Assembly: GCA_043807225.1 (NCBI GenBank)
Contig: JAZDGG010000067.1
Span: 1-61,997 of the forward strand
Origin: a bacterium
GTDB lineage: Bacteria > Patescibacteriota > Patescibacteriia > CAZCGY01
Length of the DNA: 61,997 nt
Direction: 5' to 3'
The notes under the pieces were generated by a model, which was given only the letters and a program-made list of their open reading frames with translations, was not told the origin of the DNA and did not search any database. Shown here piece after piece: positions 1 to 9,018 of the stretch. The first letter of the stretch is position 1, and each line of letters begins with the position of its first letter. The translations under genes were made by a program, and so were the position numbers.

Positions 1-417
1 GATCGGTGAAGCGAGCTTGAGACGAGTATCCTCCGTAAAATGAATCTGTCGGGCATTGAGCATGATGACCTTCTGGCCGATATCCGGGAATATATGCGAA
101 ACTTCAAAACCCTTGAAAAAGGTATTTCGTTCAAGAATTTCTTCAAGCAGTTTTCGGAGCGCCGGAATATCCCATTGGCCATTCCCCAATTCATAGATAC
201 TGGCATCCTCCGTCTCTTTTTGGTCAACCTGAAACGTCCGGTAGAACGACTCATTGGCCGCAATAACGCGAAGCTCTTTATCGAGAATGAGCACCGGCTC
301 CCGCAAGACATCAACAACGGTTTTGATATACGCCCAACCCTCTTCCCAGACACGCTCAAAAAAAACTGACCCTGATGGATGAAAGGCCTGCCGTAGGCCA
401 TTTGATGTTTTGTTCAT
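1..417 (-). CDS. PAS domain-containing sensor protein, N-terminal part (gene runs off the left edge of the window)
   Basis: This gene is absent from the ORF track because it has no stop codon inside the window. The reverse-strand ATG at 417 reads without stops to position 1: MNKTSNGLRQAFHPSGSVFFERVWEEGWAYIKTVVDVLREPVLILDKELRVIAANESFYRTFQVDQKETEDASIYELGNGQWDIPALRKLLEEILERNTFF... This is the PAS block typical of CheR/CheB-PAS proteins and histidine kinases. I prefer it over the plus-strand ORF 40..369. Confidence 0.8.
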   Translation of the reverse strand, partial: MNKTSNGLRQAFHPSGSVFFERVWEEGWAYIKTVVDVLREPVLILDKELRVIAANESFYRTFQVDQKETEDASIYELGNGQWDIPALRKLLEEILERNTFFKGFEVSHIFPDIGQKVIMLNARQIHFTEDTRLKLASPI

Positions 418-611
418 ACACTTATTGCCGTACACAATATCGAAGGGTGACACCTTGCTCTCATGAAGTGAACGTGGTATGCCTACGTGTTGGTTCTATG
501 TCCTTGTCTGTCATAGGTGTGTCATGCCGGTATCATGGAATACCGGCTCTTCCGCACGAATAACATTCGCAAAAGAGCCAAAAACCTCAATAATCACTCT
601 ACGAAGGTCAT

Positions 612-1178
612 GTGCGTGTAATAAAAAACGGGTATGACCGGCGTAGCATTCACTATAGTACCAGAGTGACCCCCTCCCAAACACACGACCTATCTGAAGA
701 TCTGACCTCTGCGTATCACGACCACGGGAAAGGGCTTCGTACCCACGCGTTTTTTCGGGTGCCGGATCGTACAATGAGTGAAGATCTCGTCCAGGATACA
801 TTCGCGAAAACGTGGCGATATCTCCTCCGGGGCGGGAAGATCGATGTGATGAGGGCATTTCTCTATCACATTCTGAATCACCTGATCGTGGACGAATATC
901 GTAAACAGAAAACCGTTTCACTCGATGCGCTCCTCGAAAAAGGTTTTGAACCAAGCGTTGACCTCACTGAGCGCCTTGAGAACGTCTTGGATGGGCGGAA
1001 TGCTTTGCAGCTCATTCAACGCCTACCCGAAAAATACCAAAAGGTCATGCGGATGCGATACATCCAGCATCTCTCACTGCATGAAATGTCCCTCTTGGTG
1101 GGGCAATCGAAAAACACCGTCGCCGTCCAAGCATATCGAGGGTTGAAGAAACTCCAAACACTTTATCAACCCATATGA
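612..1178 (+). CDS. RNA polymerase sigma-70 factor, ECF subfamily
   Basis: The ORF shows a region 2 motif (SEDLVQDTFAKTWRYLL) and a region 4 helix-turn-helix (LSLHEMSLLVGQSKNTVAVQAYRGLKKL). The start is uncertain: GTG 612 has GAAGG upstream, and GTG 666 is also possible. Confidence 0.85.
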   Translation: MRVIKNGYDRRSIHYSTRVTPSQTHDLSEDLTSAYHDHGKGLRTHAFFRVPDRTMSEDLVQDTFAKTWRYLLRGGKIDVMRAFLYHILNHLIVDEYRKQKTVSLDALLEKGFEPSVDLTERLENVLDGRNALQLIQRLPEKYQKVMRMRYIQHLSLHEMSLLVGQSKNTVAVQAYRGLKKLQTLYQPI

Positions 1179-1298
1179 CCCCTGAGGGATAGAAAAAGCA
1201 AAGCGCATTTTTGCTTCACAACAGCATAAACACAGCTTCCATTGAGGAAGCGCACCGCTGTCCACGGTGTGCAGAGAGTCGATAAACGAAAGACGTCT

Positions 1299-1850
1299 AT
1301 GGATTCCAATCTCTCCCCCTCGCATAGCGAGGAAGAACTAACAAAAGTCTCGGATGCAAACTCCGAGCAAACGATACGAAAGAGTACGGCGGCCGGCCCA
1401 ACCCAGGTCGCCCAAACAGTCTCGACAACGACGTCGACACCGACAAGCCAGTCAAGAAAGACGCAGCGCACCGTTGGCGCCACGCCGAGCGCAGAGAAAG
1501 AGTACGGCCAGAAGAAAACGCTTTTTCATGCCTACCGAATCATTTGGTACCTTTTCGGCTTTGTGGAAATTGTCCTGGGTTTTCGGTTTGTTCTGAAGGT
1601 GCTTGGCGCAAACCCCGACGCGGGATTCACCAAACTCGTCTATGGCATCAGTTCGCCGTTTGCCGGTCCGTTCTTGAGCATCTTCCACGCTTCAACAAAC
1701 AAAGGGGTTGAAACCACGTCCTTCTTCGAGTGGTCAACGCTCGTGGCAGCTCTCGTGTACGTCATCGTTACCTGGGGTATCATCAAAATCTTCAAACTTG
1801 GTAAGCCAACTGACCCAACGGAAATCGTTGATACGGTTGATCGCCAATAG
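1299..1850 (+). CDS. YggT-like membrane protein with a low-complexity Ser/Thr-rich N-terminus
   Basis: I take the ATG at 1299 inside ORF 1242..1850. The C-terminal half (RFVLKVLGANPDAGFTKLVYGISSPFAGPFLSIF...EWSTLVAALVYVIVTWGI) resembles YggT family proteins. Confidence 0.55.
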   Translation: MDSNLSPSHSEEELTKVSDANSEQTIRKSTAAGPTQVAQTVSTTTSTPTSQSRKTQRTVGATPSAEKEYGQKKTLFHAYRIIWYLFGFVEIVLGFRFVLKVLGANPDAGFTKLVYGISSPFAGPFLSIFHASTNKGVETTSFFEWSTLVAALVYVIVTWGIIKIFKLGKPTDPTEIVDTVDRQ

Positions 1851-1924
1851 CGCACACCGGCATATCCATCAGAGGAATCTCCTCACATTCGCTAAGTATT
1901 TTCTGCTCACGAAAGAAGAATTGT

Positions 1925-2077
1925 ATGAAAGAATCGAAATCCACAACCCGAGAGAAGAACAATCGTCACGCGTTACAGAAGCTTGTTGGTGCCGTCGCGA
2001 TCGCTGGCGTCACCTACGCGGCAGAGAGATTCGTTGAGTCTCGAAAGAGTAAGAAAGAAACGAGAAGAAAGGAATAA
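1925..2077 (+). CDS. Small hypothetical protein (50 aa) with one hydrophobic segment
   Basis: This ORF is below the ORF-track size cutoff. GAAAGAAGAA lies upstream of ATG 1925. It translates to MKESKSTTREKNNRHALQKLVGAVAIAGVTYAAERFVESRKSKKETRRKE. The call is speculative. Confidence 0.3.
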   Translation: MKESKSTTREKNNRHALQKLVGAVAIAGVTYAAERFVESRKSKKETRRKE

Positions 2078-2087
2078 CGAGAATACG

Positions 2088-2237
2088 ATGTTCATGATTA
2101 TTGGGATCATCCTCCTGGTTCTCTGGCTGCTCGGCTTCCTCACGCACACCCTCGGTGGCTTCATTCACATCCTCCTGGTGATTGCCGTCATCTTTTTTCT
2201 CATACGGGTGATTCAGGGACGCAATCCGCTGAAGTAG
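2088..2237 (+). CDS. lmo0937-family small membrane protein (49 aa)
   Basis: I take the internal ATG 2088 of ORF 1983..2237, preceded by AAGAAAGGAA. The product MFMIIGIILLVLWLLGFLTHTLGGFIHILLVIAVIFFLIRVIQGRNPLK matches the characteristic LLVLWLLGF...LGGFIHILLVIA pattern. Confidence 0.75.
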   Translation: MFMIIGIILLVLWLLGFLTHTLGGFIHILLVIAVIFFLIRVIQGRNPLK

Positions 2238-2285
2238 AGCTTCAAAAAGTGAAGAGAGCTGATTGGCCTCCTTCTTGACGTCAAC

Positions 2286-2308
2286 AAACACTGCTCGGTG
2301 TTTTTTTA
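2286..2308 (+). terminator. Putative intrinsic terminator after the lmo0937-family gene
   Basis: The stem AAACAC/GTGTTT (6 bp) with loop TGCTCG runs into a T-tract. Confidence 0.45.
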
Positions 2309-2481
2309 TTGCGTGGGATGACATGGATAGTGAGTTTCCTCAGCATCGTCGACACCCAGACGTCTTTGATATACAATAAGAGACAATCTATTCGGAGAGA
2401 TGGCCTCACGGCCTACTTTCCTCTCTATTAGATCGTTCATTCAAATCCTTATTCCACCACTTTTTTCCAGAGGAGGTTCAG

Positions 2482-3234
2482 GTGAAAAGGTTACTGGTGA
2501 TGATTGGTGTGTTCCTGGCGGCTATCGCAATTGTGCCAGTCGCCCAAGCATATGTTGTCGATCTGACGACACTAGACGCGTCCGGAGTGATCAACGGAGC
2601 CACGTTCATGCAGAACGGACATTTGCCGAACGGCAGCGGCGTTTCGCGAGACTTCCTTCGTTTGGGAACCGGGAATACTGGTATCGAAACCGGCTTCAAC
2701 ACTGACGCACGGCCACTCGGCCCAGACCTGACCGACGTCAATAGCTCTCTCACCTTCACACATTCATTGATGGTAAGTGACCTGGCGACGCTGAACGGTG
2801 GCAACGTTGTTTTTCGTCTGGACATCAACCAGGCAAATGCAAGGCCGCTGTTGTCGATGGACTTTTACCAGATCTGGACGGCAGCAACTGGGGACATTAA
2901 CTCCCTTGCGGATCTAACCAGCCAGAACCTGGTGTACGACATGGGTCCAAACAAAGTCTACTTGAACTACAGTCTCGAATCGGGGAGCGGGGAGTCGGAC
3001 ATGGACGTCTTCATGCCGTCAGCTTGGTTCCAAGGGCACGAGCACGACTACCTGTATCTGAGAGTAACGTTCGGTGCAACGGGAGGAGATTACGCAGCGA
3101 ATGATGGGCCTGAACAGTTTTCGGCGCTCACCGGCACCCCGACAATCCCGGTTCCTGAGGCATCGACGTTCCTGCTCACCAGCTTTGGTCTGGGATTCAT
3201 CGGCATAGGACTGCTCAAAAAGCGGTTGGGATAG
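2482..3234 (+). CDS. Secreted protein with an N-terminal signal peptide and a C-terminal PEP-CTERM-like sorting signal
   Basis: The GTG start has GAGGAGG upstream. The signal peptide is MKRLLVMIGVFLAAIAIVPVAQA. The C-terminus is IPVPEASTFLLTSFGLGFIGIGLLKKRLG, that is a PEP-like motif, a hydrophobic helix and a basic tail. Confidence 0.7.
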   Translation: MKRLLVMIGVFLAAIAIVPVAQAYVVDLTTLDASGVINGATFMQNGHLPNGSGVSRDFLRLGTGNTGIETGFNTDARPLGPDLTDVNSSLTFTHSLMVSDLATLNGGNVVFRLDINQANARPLLSMDFYQIWTAATGDINSLADLTSQNLVYDMGPNKVYLNYSLESGSGESDMDVFMPSAWFQGHEHDYLYLRVTFGATGGDYAANDGPEQFSALTGTPTIPVPEASTFLLTSFGLGFIGIGLLKKRLG

Positions 3235-3265
3235 GTTAATCTGGTATCCTTCGGGATATCCTCCA

Positions 3266-3294
3266 CCCTCGCGAAAACGCGGGGGTCTTTTTCT
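3266..3294 (+). terminator. Intrinsic terminator after the PEP-CTERM-like gene
   Basis: The stem CCCTCGCG/CGCGGGGG (8 bp including one G-U) with loop AAAA is followed by TCTTTTTCT. Confidence 0.7.
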
Positions 3295-3343
3295 ATGAAA
3301 AACCCCTGTCACCCAAAAAGATGAGCAGAGCAAATGGAGACAA

Positions 3344-3916
3344 TCAGAACCAACCCCACTCCGTGATGCGGTCAGACGTCCCCAGTATCGCCGGGATCTC
3401 ACGCTCCCGATATACCCCCGATGCAACATAGGCGGTTGCGCGAACGTGGCCTTCGAGAAGAACGAGTTTTGATTGCTCCACCGTCGAGACGAGAATGATT
3501 TTTGGGATTGTCTCACCAGCTTTCAACTGCTTCGTGATTTCCGCGACACGTTTGGTGATTTTGTGATGGTTTGGTAACCCAAGTTTCTCAATCCCTCGCT
3601 TCACGAGTCGAGTACCGCTCGAGAAATTTCTCCACACCTCTTCGTTGAAATAGAGTATCTTTTCCCAATCTTGTTGTTCTACAAGGACGTCGTGCCACAC
3701 AATATCTTTCGGGAGAGTCTTAAAAAGCCCCGGCCGAACGGTGACAAGAAGCTCTTTGCGAACATCCGGCGGTACGTTCTCGAGATCGACATCCGGAGAA
3801 TATCCGTGCTGTGATAACCAATCCATGTATCGTCCAGAAAACCGTGGCGATTCCATTTCTGCCCGCACAAACTCTAAAACCATTTCTTCTTCAGGGATTG
3901 TCTTGACGATGTTCAT
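3344..3916 (-). CDS. Hypothetical protein (190 aa)
   Basis: This is a full ORF with its own promoter. The C-terminal segment PKIILVSTVEQSKLVLLEGHVRATAYV faintly resembles a ParB/Srx-type DGHHR strand-helix motif. I did not recognise any family. Confidence 0.6.
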   Translation of the reverse strand: MNIVKTIPEEEMVLEFVRAEMESPRFSGRYMDWLSQHGYSPDVDLENVPPDVRKELLVTVRPGLFKTLPKDIVWHDVLVEQQDWEKILYFNEEVWRNFSSGTRLVKRGIEKLGLPNHHKITKRVAEITKQLKAGETIPKIILVSTVEQSKLVLLEGHVRATAYVASGVYREREIPAILGTSDRITEWGWF

Positions 3917-4005
3917 ACAACGTCTTGGTACATACGATGTGTGAGTGAGCGTGGCGGTATACTATCTCACTGCCTACGCATACGAATACAAATCGGATAT
4001 ACAGT

Positions 4006-4034
4006 ATTGTACGATGTTTTCCTCATCCTTTGAA
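4006..4034 (-). promoter_or_regulatory. Sigma70-like promoter for 3344..3916 (TTCAAA-N17-TACAAT on the minus strand)
   Basis: The -35 element is the reverse complement of 4029..4034 and the -10 element is the reverse complement of 4006..4011, with a 17-nt spacer. Confidence 0.5.
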
Positions 4035-4044
4035 CGATCACCGC

Positions 4045-4073
4045 TTGACATTTACAGAGGATCGGAGTACTAT
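4045..4073 (+). promoter_or_regulatory. Sigma70-like promoter for 4137..4502 (TTGACA-N17-TACTAT)
   Basis: TTGACA lies at 4045..4050 and TACTAT at 4068..4073. It sits back to back with the minus-strand promoter. Confidence 0.55.
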
Positions 4074-4136
4074 TTTTCATCCACGGGAAACTGGGATTTC
4101 CGTGGAATATCAGGCCGGAAGCCTGAAGGAGGGTAT

Positions 4137-4502
4137 ATGGTTTCGCTTAGGTCCCATGTACGTAGAGTGCACTTTCGGTTCTTGACCGCGATCATGCTCC
4201 GGCTAGTCAGAGTTCTCTCCATTCGCGAGTTCTACTCGCTAAACGAGGAGGCTGTGGAGGAGAATCTGACTACTTGGAAGCGATCCCTTGGTTTGGCTTA
4301 TGAGATCAAAGACGGAACCCGCAGGGATGCGACCAGAGCATCATCGTGGTTCCCCAACGGAGTAGATCCCACGGGATACTGGGACTGGAAGCTGCGAGAA
4401 GCCGACCGGAGAGTGGCCAATAGGCAAAGAGGTTATGACTTCGCTCGCGGGCTCGCCTACCTGATGGGCCACGGCAAGATCGTCGACAGAATCTCACGCT
4501 GA
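4137..4502 (+). CDS. Hypothetical protein (121 aa)
   Basis: I take the internal ATG 4137 of ORF 3945..4502, preceded by GAAGGAGGG and downstream of a consensus promoter. The upstream part of the long ORF is AT-rich promoter DNA. I did not recognise any family. Confidence 0.55.
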   Translation: MVSLRSHVRRVHFRFLTAIMLRLVRVLSIREFYSLNEEAVEENLTTWKRSLGLAYEIKDGTRRDATRASSWFPNGVDPTGYWDWKLREADRRVANRQRGYDFARGLAYLMGHGKIVDRISR

Positions 4503-4530
4503 GACCGTTCATACACGCAGTGTACGCCTC

Positions 4531-4580
4531 GTGCTGGAAAGTCCAACCGGACATTCTGGCACGGGGTCTTGTTTTATGTT
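4531..4580. terminator. Hairpin terminator between convergent genes
   Basis: The stem GTGCTGGAAAGTC/GACATTCTGGCAC (12 of 13 pairs) with loop CAACC is followed by GGGGTCTTGTTTTATGTT. Confidence 0.55.
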
Positions 4581-4628
4581 CAATAAAGGCTCGATGAAAC
4601 TGTTGAGGAAAATATCGATCAAATCATT

Positions 4629-5429
4629 TTATGCCACATCTCTCTTCGTGAACCTCCATAGCCCCACCCCAAACCCAACCACCGCCAATCCCACAAACAC
4701 GAGGATTGCAGTGAGGTCATACTCCCCTTTCACGAGAAATGTATTTGGGTTGAAGTAGTGGAAGAGCGAGGCGTATTTGAGTTTCTCGATCGACGGTCGA
4801 AGGCCCGAGACGATGTTGAGCACATACATCACGAGTACGACGCCGGCGAGAATCATCTGCGTCTTGCCTTTGTCGGACATGAATGCCGAGACGGCAAAGC
4901 CGAGGCCGAGGAACGCCAAACCAAACAGCTCACACATCACTCCAACGGTCACAAAGTTCATTACTTGGATCGGTATGTGGAACATCGTGGCAAACGGGAA
5001 CACCGAGGCATTGACGAGGATGTTGAACACGGTAAAGATCTTGGCTGCAGCAAGAAACCGAGCGATATAGACCGTTCGGCGTGACACCGGCTGACCGACG
5101 GTTTGGACGATCGTTTCTCGCTCCACTTCCCCGGCGAGCGAGCCGCTGGCAAGCGAGAGCGCGAGGATGATCGTCAGCACCAGCCAGAAGAGTGAGTACA
5201 TCTCGATGTTGAGGAACTTTTCGAGCGTATTGAATGAGAAGTCCTCCATGTTGAACGCTTTCTTAAACGCCTCGGGCAGTTGATCGAACATCTGTGTATT
5301 TTGCTCCATCATGTGCTGATACGTCGGGAACATCGACACATACATCAGCATCGTGCCAACACCAATGATCGTGATGACGAGAAGCATCTTCCATCTGTCG
5401 CGGATTGTTCTGAGGATAATGGGGATCAT
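4629..5429 (-). CDS. ABC-2 type transporter permease
   Basis: This 266-aa polytopic membrane protein overlaps the stop codon of the upstream ATPase gene by 4 nt. Confidence 0.8.
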   Translation of the reverse strand: MIPIILRTIRDRWKMLLVITIIGVGTMLMYVSMFPTYQHMMEQNTQMFDQLPEAFKKAFNMEDFSFNTLEKFLNIEMYSLFWLVLTIILALSLASGSLAGEVERETIVQTVGQPVSRRTVYIARFLAAAKIFTVFNILVNASVFPFATMFHIPIQVMNFVTVGVMCELFGLAFLGLGFAVSAFMSDKGKTQMILAGVVLVMYVLNIVSGLRPSIEKLKYASLFHYFNPNTFLVKGEYDLTAILVFVGLAVVGFGVGLWRFTKRDVA

Positions 5430-6310
5430 GGACTCGAAGGATTATAGAATTCCAAGAACAACTCCTCCAGCGATGCGTGCTGAACTTGGAGGTCGTGGAT
5501 CGGCGTATTCGTCAGCTGCTTGAGCAGTGGCTGGATATCGCCCTGCACTTTCACTATGGCCGTATGGTTCATCGTACTCACGACCGTCACATTCGGAAGA
5601 GCTGGGAGCGTGAAGCTACCCGCGAATTCGATAGTGACGGTATACAGATGTTTATCGTGGAGCTCAGCCATCGTTTCAATCGATACGAGTTTCCCCTCAC
5701 GAAGGACGGCGACGCGCGTGCACATCCGCTCAACTTCAGCGAGATTGTGTGAGGACATGAATATCGTTGCGCCTCGGCCACGCGCTTCACGAATGAGTTC
5801 GTACACCGTTTGCTGGAGCAGCGGATCAAGCCCGTTTGTCGGCTCGTCGAGGATAACAAGGTCAGTATCAAACAAAAATGCTAGCAGAAGGGAGAGCTTC
5901 TGACGGTTGCCCGTGGAGAGTTGCTTCGCTTTCTTTGTCGGATCGAAATCGAGACGTTTGATCAGGTCATCCGCGCGGCCTGGCTGTTTCCGCCGCAGCG
6001 CTTTTGCGTACTCGATATGCTCTTTGCCGGTCCAGCGCTCATTGAGGGAAGTCGTTGGCGGCATGAAACCGATGCGTTTTCGTGCCTCAACGCCCTGCGT
6101 ATTCGCGTTCAGACCAAAGAGTTCAGCCGAACCGGACGTTGGCCGGTAGAAATCCATGAGACAGCGGATGGTCGTGGTCTTCCCTGCCCCGTTCGGACCA
6201 AGAAAACCAAATACTTCTCCCCGCAAAACAGAAAACGAAATACCGTCAACGGCTTTGGTTGCGCCAAAGTGCTTTGTGAGATTGGTGAGTGTGACGATTG
6301 AGTCGGACAT
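5426..6310 (-). CDS. ABC transporter ATP-binding protein
   Basis: The Walker A motif is GPNGAGKTTT, the signature is LSTGNRQKLSL and the Walker B motif is LVILDEPTNGLD. I take ATG 6310 (MSDSIVTL...) rather than the TTG at 6331. Confidence 0.9.
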   Translation of the reverse strand: MSDSIVTLTNLTKHFGATKAVDGISFSVLRGEVFGFLGPNGAGKTTTIRCLMDFYRPTSGSAELFGLNANTQGVEARKRIGFMPPTTSLNERWTGKEHIEYAKALRRKQPGRADDLIKRLDFDPTKKAKQLSTGNRQKLSLLLAFLFDTDLVILDEPTNGLDPLLQQTVYELIREARGRGATIFMSSHNLAEVERMCTRVAVLREGKLVSIETMAELHDKHLYTVTIEFAGSFTLPALPNVTVVSTMNHTAIVKVQGDIQPLLKQLTNTPIHDLQVQHASLEELFLEFYNPSSP

Positions 6311-6469
6311 GGAATAAAAAAGACGGATCAAGTGTACGCCAAATTCTCGCGTTCAGCAAGACCTCGGGGAGAACTCTGAAATCTTTCAGCGTGTGGAACG
6401 TGGACTGTTGTTCTTTCAAAAGAAAAAAGGGAGCTGCTTTCGCAAACTCCCCCATTGAAACGTATGATC

Positions 6470-7231
6470 TCACGCAACAAGGTGAGTACGATACTCCTCG
6501 AGCTGTGCTCGCCATGCCTCAAAGAGCTTCGGCTGCGCAGGTTCCGTGACGAACAGCTCATCACCCGGTTGCCGGTAGTGTGGGAGCGGCACAGGTTCAA
6601 AAATCTCTCCGTTACTGCCAAGCCTGGTAACTTGTTCGTTCCGACCCGCGAACTCTGCGAAAAGATCGGCAAACTGGCGAAGACCGCCAAGACCGAGTTC
6701 TGTCCAGCTGACCACAACGGTACCGTCGCTCATCGCCAGTTCTTTCGCAACTGCTGGTGCGTCGTTGCCGGTCTCGACCAGCGCCTTGAACATTCGGAAG
6801 TTTGGCAGTGGATCCGTTGGGGAAAGAAACGTTCCAAGCGCTCGCGGGATGAGGACGATCCCGCGTCTCTCGAAGTTGATCCCCAAACCGACGCAGAGCG
6901 TAACCCGAAGATCAAACCCGCGTTCGCCATCCTCGAGTAGTTTGAAGTTCCAGTAGTTACTTGGCTTCCACCCAGGAACCATCCTTTGTGGATTCTCATC
7001 CACGAGGGTAAAGATTTCATCACGGCAGTCGGGTCGAGCCTGTTGCTTGATCCCGCGTCGAGCGAGAGCGTCAAGTACCCGTTTACCCAGCGCATACTCC
7101 TTCATCGGCTCGGAATAGGCCTCCGAACCCCCTTCGTGGAGCTTCAAACCCTTGTGAGCGGCGGCCTTTCTCAGAAGGTCAAGATATGTAAAAACATCGA
7201 CGCCCATCGCCAATATTGGCGCTGCTTTCAT
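6470..7231 (-). CDS. Hypothetical protein (253 aa)
   Basis: This is a long ORF with coding-like composition. I did not recognise any family. Confidence 0.55.
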   Translation of the reverse strand: MKAAPILAMGVDVFTYLDLLRKAAAHKGLKLHEGGSEAYSEPMKEYALGKRVLDALARRGIKQQARPDCRDEIFTLVDENPQRMVPGWKPSNYWNFKLLEDGERGFDLRVTLCVGLGINFERRGIVLIPRALGTFLSPTDPLPNFRMFKALVETGNDAPAVAKELAMSDGTVVVSWTELGLGGLRQFADLFAEFAGRNEQVTRLGSNGEIFEPVPLPHYRQPGDELFVTEPAQPKLFEAWRAQLEEYRTHLVA

Positions 7232-7302
7232 GGCAACCTCCTCGTTGGTTGTAAAGGTACGATATCAACTGCGACCTTAGCAAAAAGGATAAGAAAAATC
7301 AA

Positions 7303-7326
7303 CCAAAAACCCCGAGGGGCTCTCGG
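7303..7326 (-). terminator. Intrinsic terminator after 7350..8867
   Basis: On the minus strand, CCGAG-AGCCC-CTCGG is followed by GGTTTTTGG. Confidence 0.5.
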
Positions 7327-7349
7327 AGTTCGTGGTTGTTCTTGTTGTA

Positions 7350-8867
7350 TTAATCGAGCAGAGAAATGGACGATGCCGTGATGCGCACCCTGCGGGTATC
7401 AAACGACAGATCCCGCGTGAAGGTATCATGCTTCGCAGAAAACTTCCACACTTTCAGCGTTTTCATCTGGCCATCAACCACCGTCACCAATCGAAGCGGA
7501 TCGTTGCCAGCAGAGACAAACTTCGTCCGTAAGTTCCCCAAGCGTGTGGTGGCTTGTATCGATCCGACGAAATGGAGCTGGCCGTTCGTGAATTCGTCAA
7601 TCGTCACATTCGAACCGTAGCGTCTCGGAGCGACGGCAAGAAAAATTCTGTTCGTCGGATGATCAATCGACATCGTGAGGTTGTACCCGGGTTTGAACGA
7701 CCCGAACGGGTTGAGTGTTTGGACGAGCTTCCCCGTGGCATTGAAGACCTTCATGCCACCATGCGTGTTGCTCTTGGTCGTGGCAATAACGTAGGAGACG
7801 GTTCCATCGTCGGTTTTTACTCGTCGCACCCAAAGATCTCCGTGATACCCAGAAAAGGGCGTTATCGTCTTTCGATGCAACCCGCTGCCAATCGTGACCC
7901 TTCCGGATGATCCTTTGAGCGTGGTAACCGTGGGCTGCACCGTAGCGACGCCGAGGACGACACCCGGTTGATACGTAATTTCGTAGTAGCGCCAAGTGAT
8001 GTTCTGGCCGTTGTCTGTCGTGCGGAATGGGATGATGTTCTTCCCTGGCGTGAGTATGAGGTTTACGGAGAAATTCCCCTGGCTATCAACGGTGACCGGC
8101 GTCCATGTGCCGTTGTTGCCTGGATCCACCTCGACGCTCTTGAGTCCGGTTTCCGCATCGCTTGCGTTCCCGGTCACCTGGATAGTCGGCGCGGTAACCG
8201 TACTTCCCCACGTTGGGCTTGTTAGATTCAGTGCGGGAGGTATGCGGTCGTATGTTCGCGTGATGATGCTGACGTCATCGACGTAGACTTGGACAGCGTC
8301 ACCCCATGATTTCAGTGATATGGAAGCGACGTAGGAATCTGGATTGATCTCTTCGCCGTTGAACCGTTCAAACATGCAGGTGGCCTGGCGCCAATCCCCC
8401 CGAAGATCCTCATTACCGGGCTTCGTGATATTCGGGAGAATCTTATCGCATCCTGTTTTAAGCGGTGAATACGCTTGCGTCATACTTTTAAGGGAAAAAT
8501 CGATAGCCGGGGCGAGCACCGCTTGCGCATCTTTACCGGACACTTTGTACCAAAAGGAAAAATCGATGCGGTAAGTTTTCTCCTTCACCTCAAGAGATTG
8601 CCAGAGCATTCTGGTTGATGTCCCGAAGGAGGACATTCGCACGCTTCGTGTTCCGCTGTGTGCATTCCCCGCTCCCCACGAACCGATCATATCGAACGAG
8701 GGGATGCCTGATGGAGAAGTCTTCCATCCAAGACCCATTGGGTCCTGCTCGAAGTTCCCATTAAACACACGCTCAATAAATGAATCAGCCCGCACAACGC
8801 TCGGAATCAGCGTAAAAACCGCCGAAATCGCCAGCGCAGCTACAAGAATCAATAAGAGTCTTTTCAT
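7350..8867 (-). CDS. Secreted multidomain protein (505 aa)
   Basis: The signal peptide is MKRLLLILVAALAISAVFTLIPSVVRA. The N-terminal region looks like a jelly-roll/CBM-type domain, the middle looks Ig-like, and the C-terminus is beta-rich. I could not assign a precise family. Confidence 0.7.
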   Translation of the reverse strand: MKRLLLILVAALAISAVFTLIPSVVRADSFIERVFNGNFEQDPMGLGWKTSPSGIPSFDMIGSWGAGNAHSGTRSVRMSSFGTSTRMLWQSLEVKEKTYRIDFSFWYKVSGKDAQAVLAPAIDFSLKSMTQAYSPLKTGCDKILPNITKPGNEDLRGDWRQATCMFERFNGEEINPDSYVASISLKSWGDAVQVYVDDVSIITRTYDRIPPALNLTSPTWGSTVTAPTIQVTGNASDAETGLKSVEVDPGNNGTWTPVTVDSQGNFSVNLILTPGKNIIPFRTTDNGQNITWRYYEITYQPGVVLGVATVQPTVTTLKGSSGRVTIGSGLHRKTITPFSGYHGDLWVRRVKTDDGTVSYVIATTKSNTHGGMKVFNATGKLVQTLNPFGSFKPGYNLTMSIDHPTNRIFLAVAPRRYGSNVTIDEFTNGQLHFVGSIQATTRLGNLRTKFVSAGNDPLRLVTVVDGQMKTLKVWKFSAKHDTFTRDLSFDTRRVRITASSISLLD

Positions 8868-9018
8868 GGAATAAAGTATAAAGAATCGTAGGTTTCTTTC
8901 TTACACCTTTCACCCAAAGCTGTCAAGCGCCTGTATCAGAAGGGGCTATCGGGAACAATCCCGAGTTGGGGCGGAGAGGACCGTCGGGTTCCATGGAACG
9001 ACAGCCGAGAATGTCCCC

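Noticed and set aside
40-369. Plus-strand ORF of 109 aa at the left edge.
   Set aside because: The opposite strand encodes an uninterrupted, clearly recognisable PAS domain (ATG at 417, open to position 1). The plus-strand ORF is its shadow.
1299-1850. Anti-sigma factor role for the gene downstream of the ECF sigma factor.
   Set aside because: There is no zf-HC2 or other anti-sigma N-terminal motif, and the conserved part looks YggT-like. Adjacency alone is not enough to support the role.
3945-4136. First 64 codons of ORF 3945..4502, and the idea that 3950..4520 is a structured ncRNA.
   Set aside because: The segment contains two back-to-back promoters and is AT-rich. A strong GGAGGG site precedes ATG 4137. 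I found no known ncRNA motif.
4531-4562. GGAAAGTCC motif (4537..4545), reminiscent of RNase P RNA conserved region I.
   Set aside because: The motif sits in the stem of a terminator hairpin. Only about 100 nt of non-coding DNA is available before the ABC permease gene, and no other RNase P elements are present.
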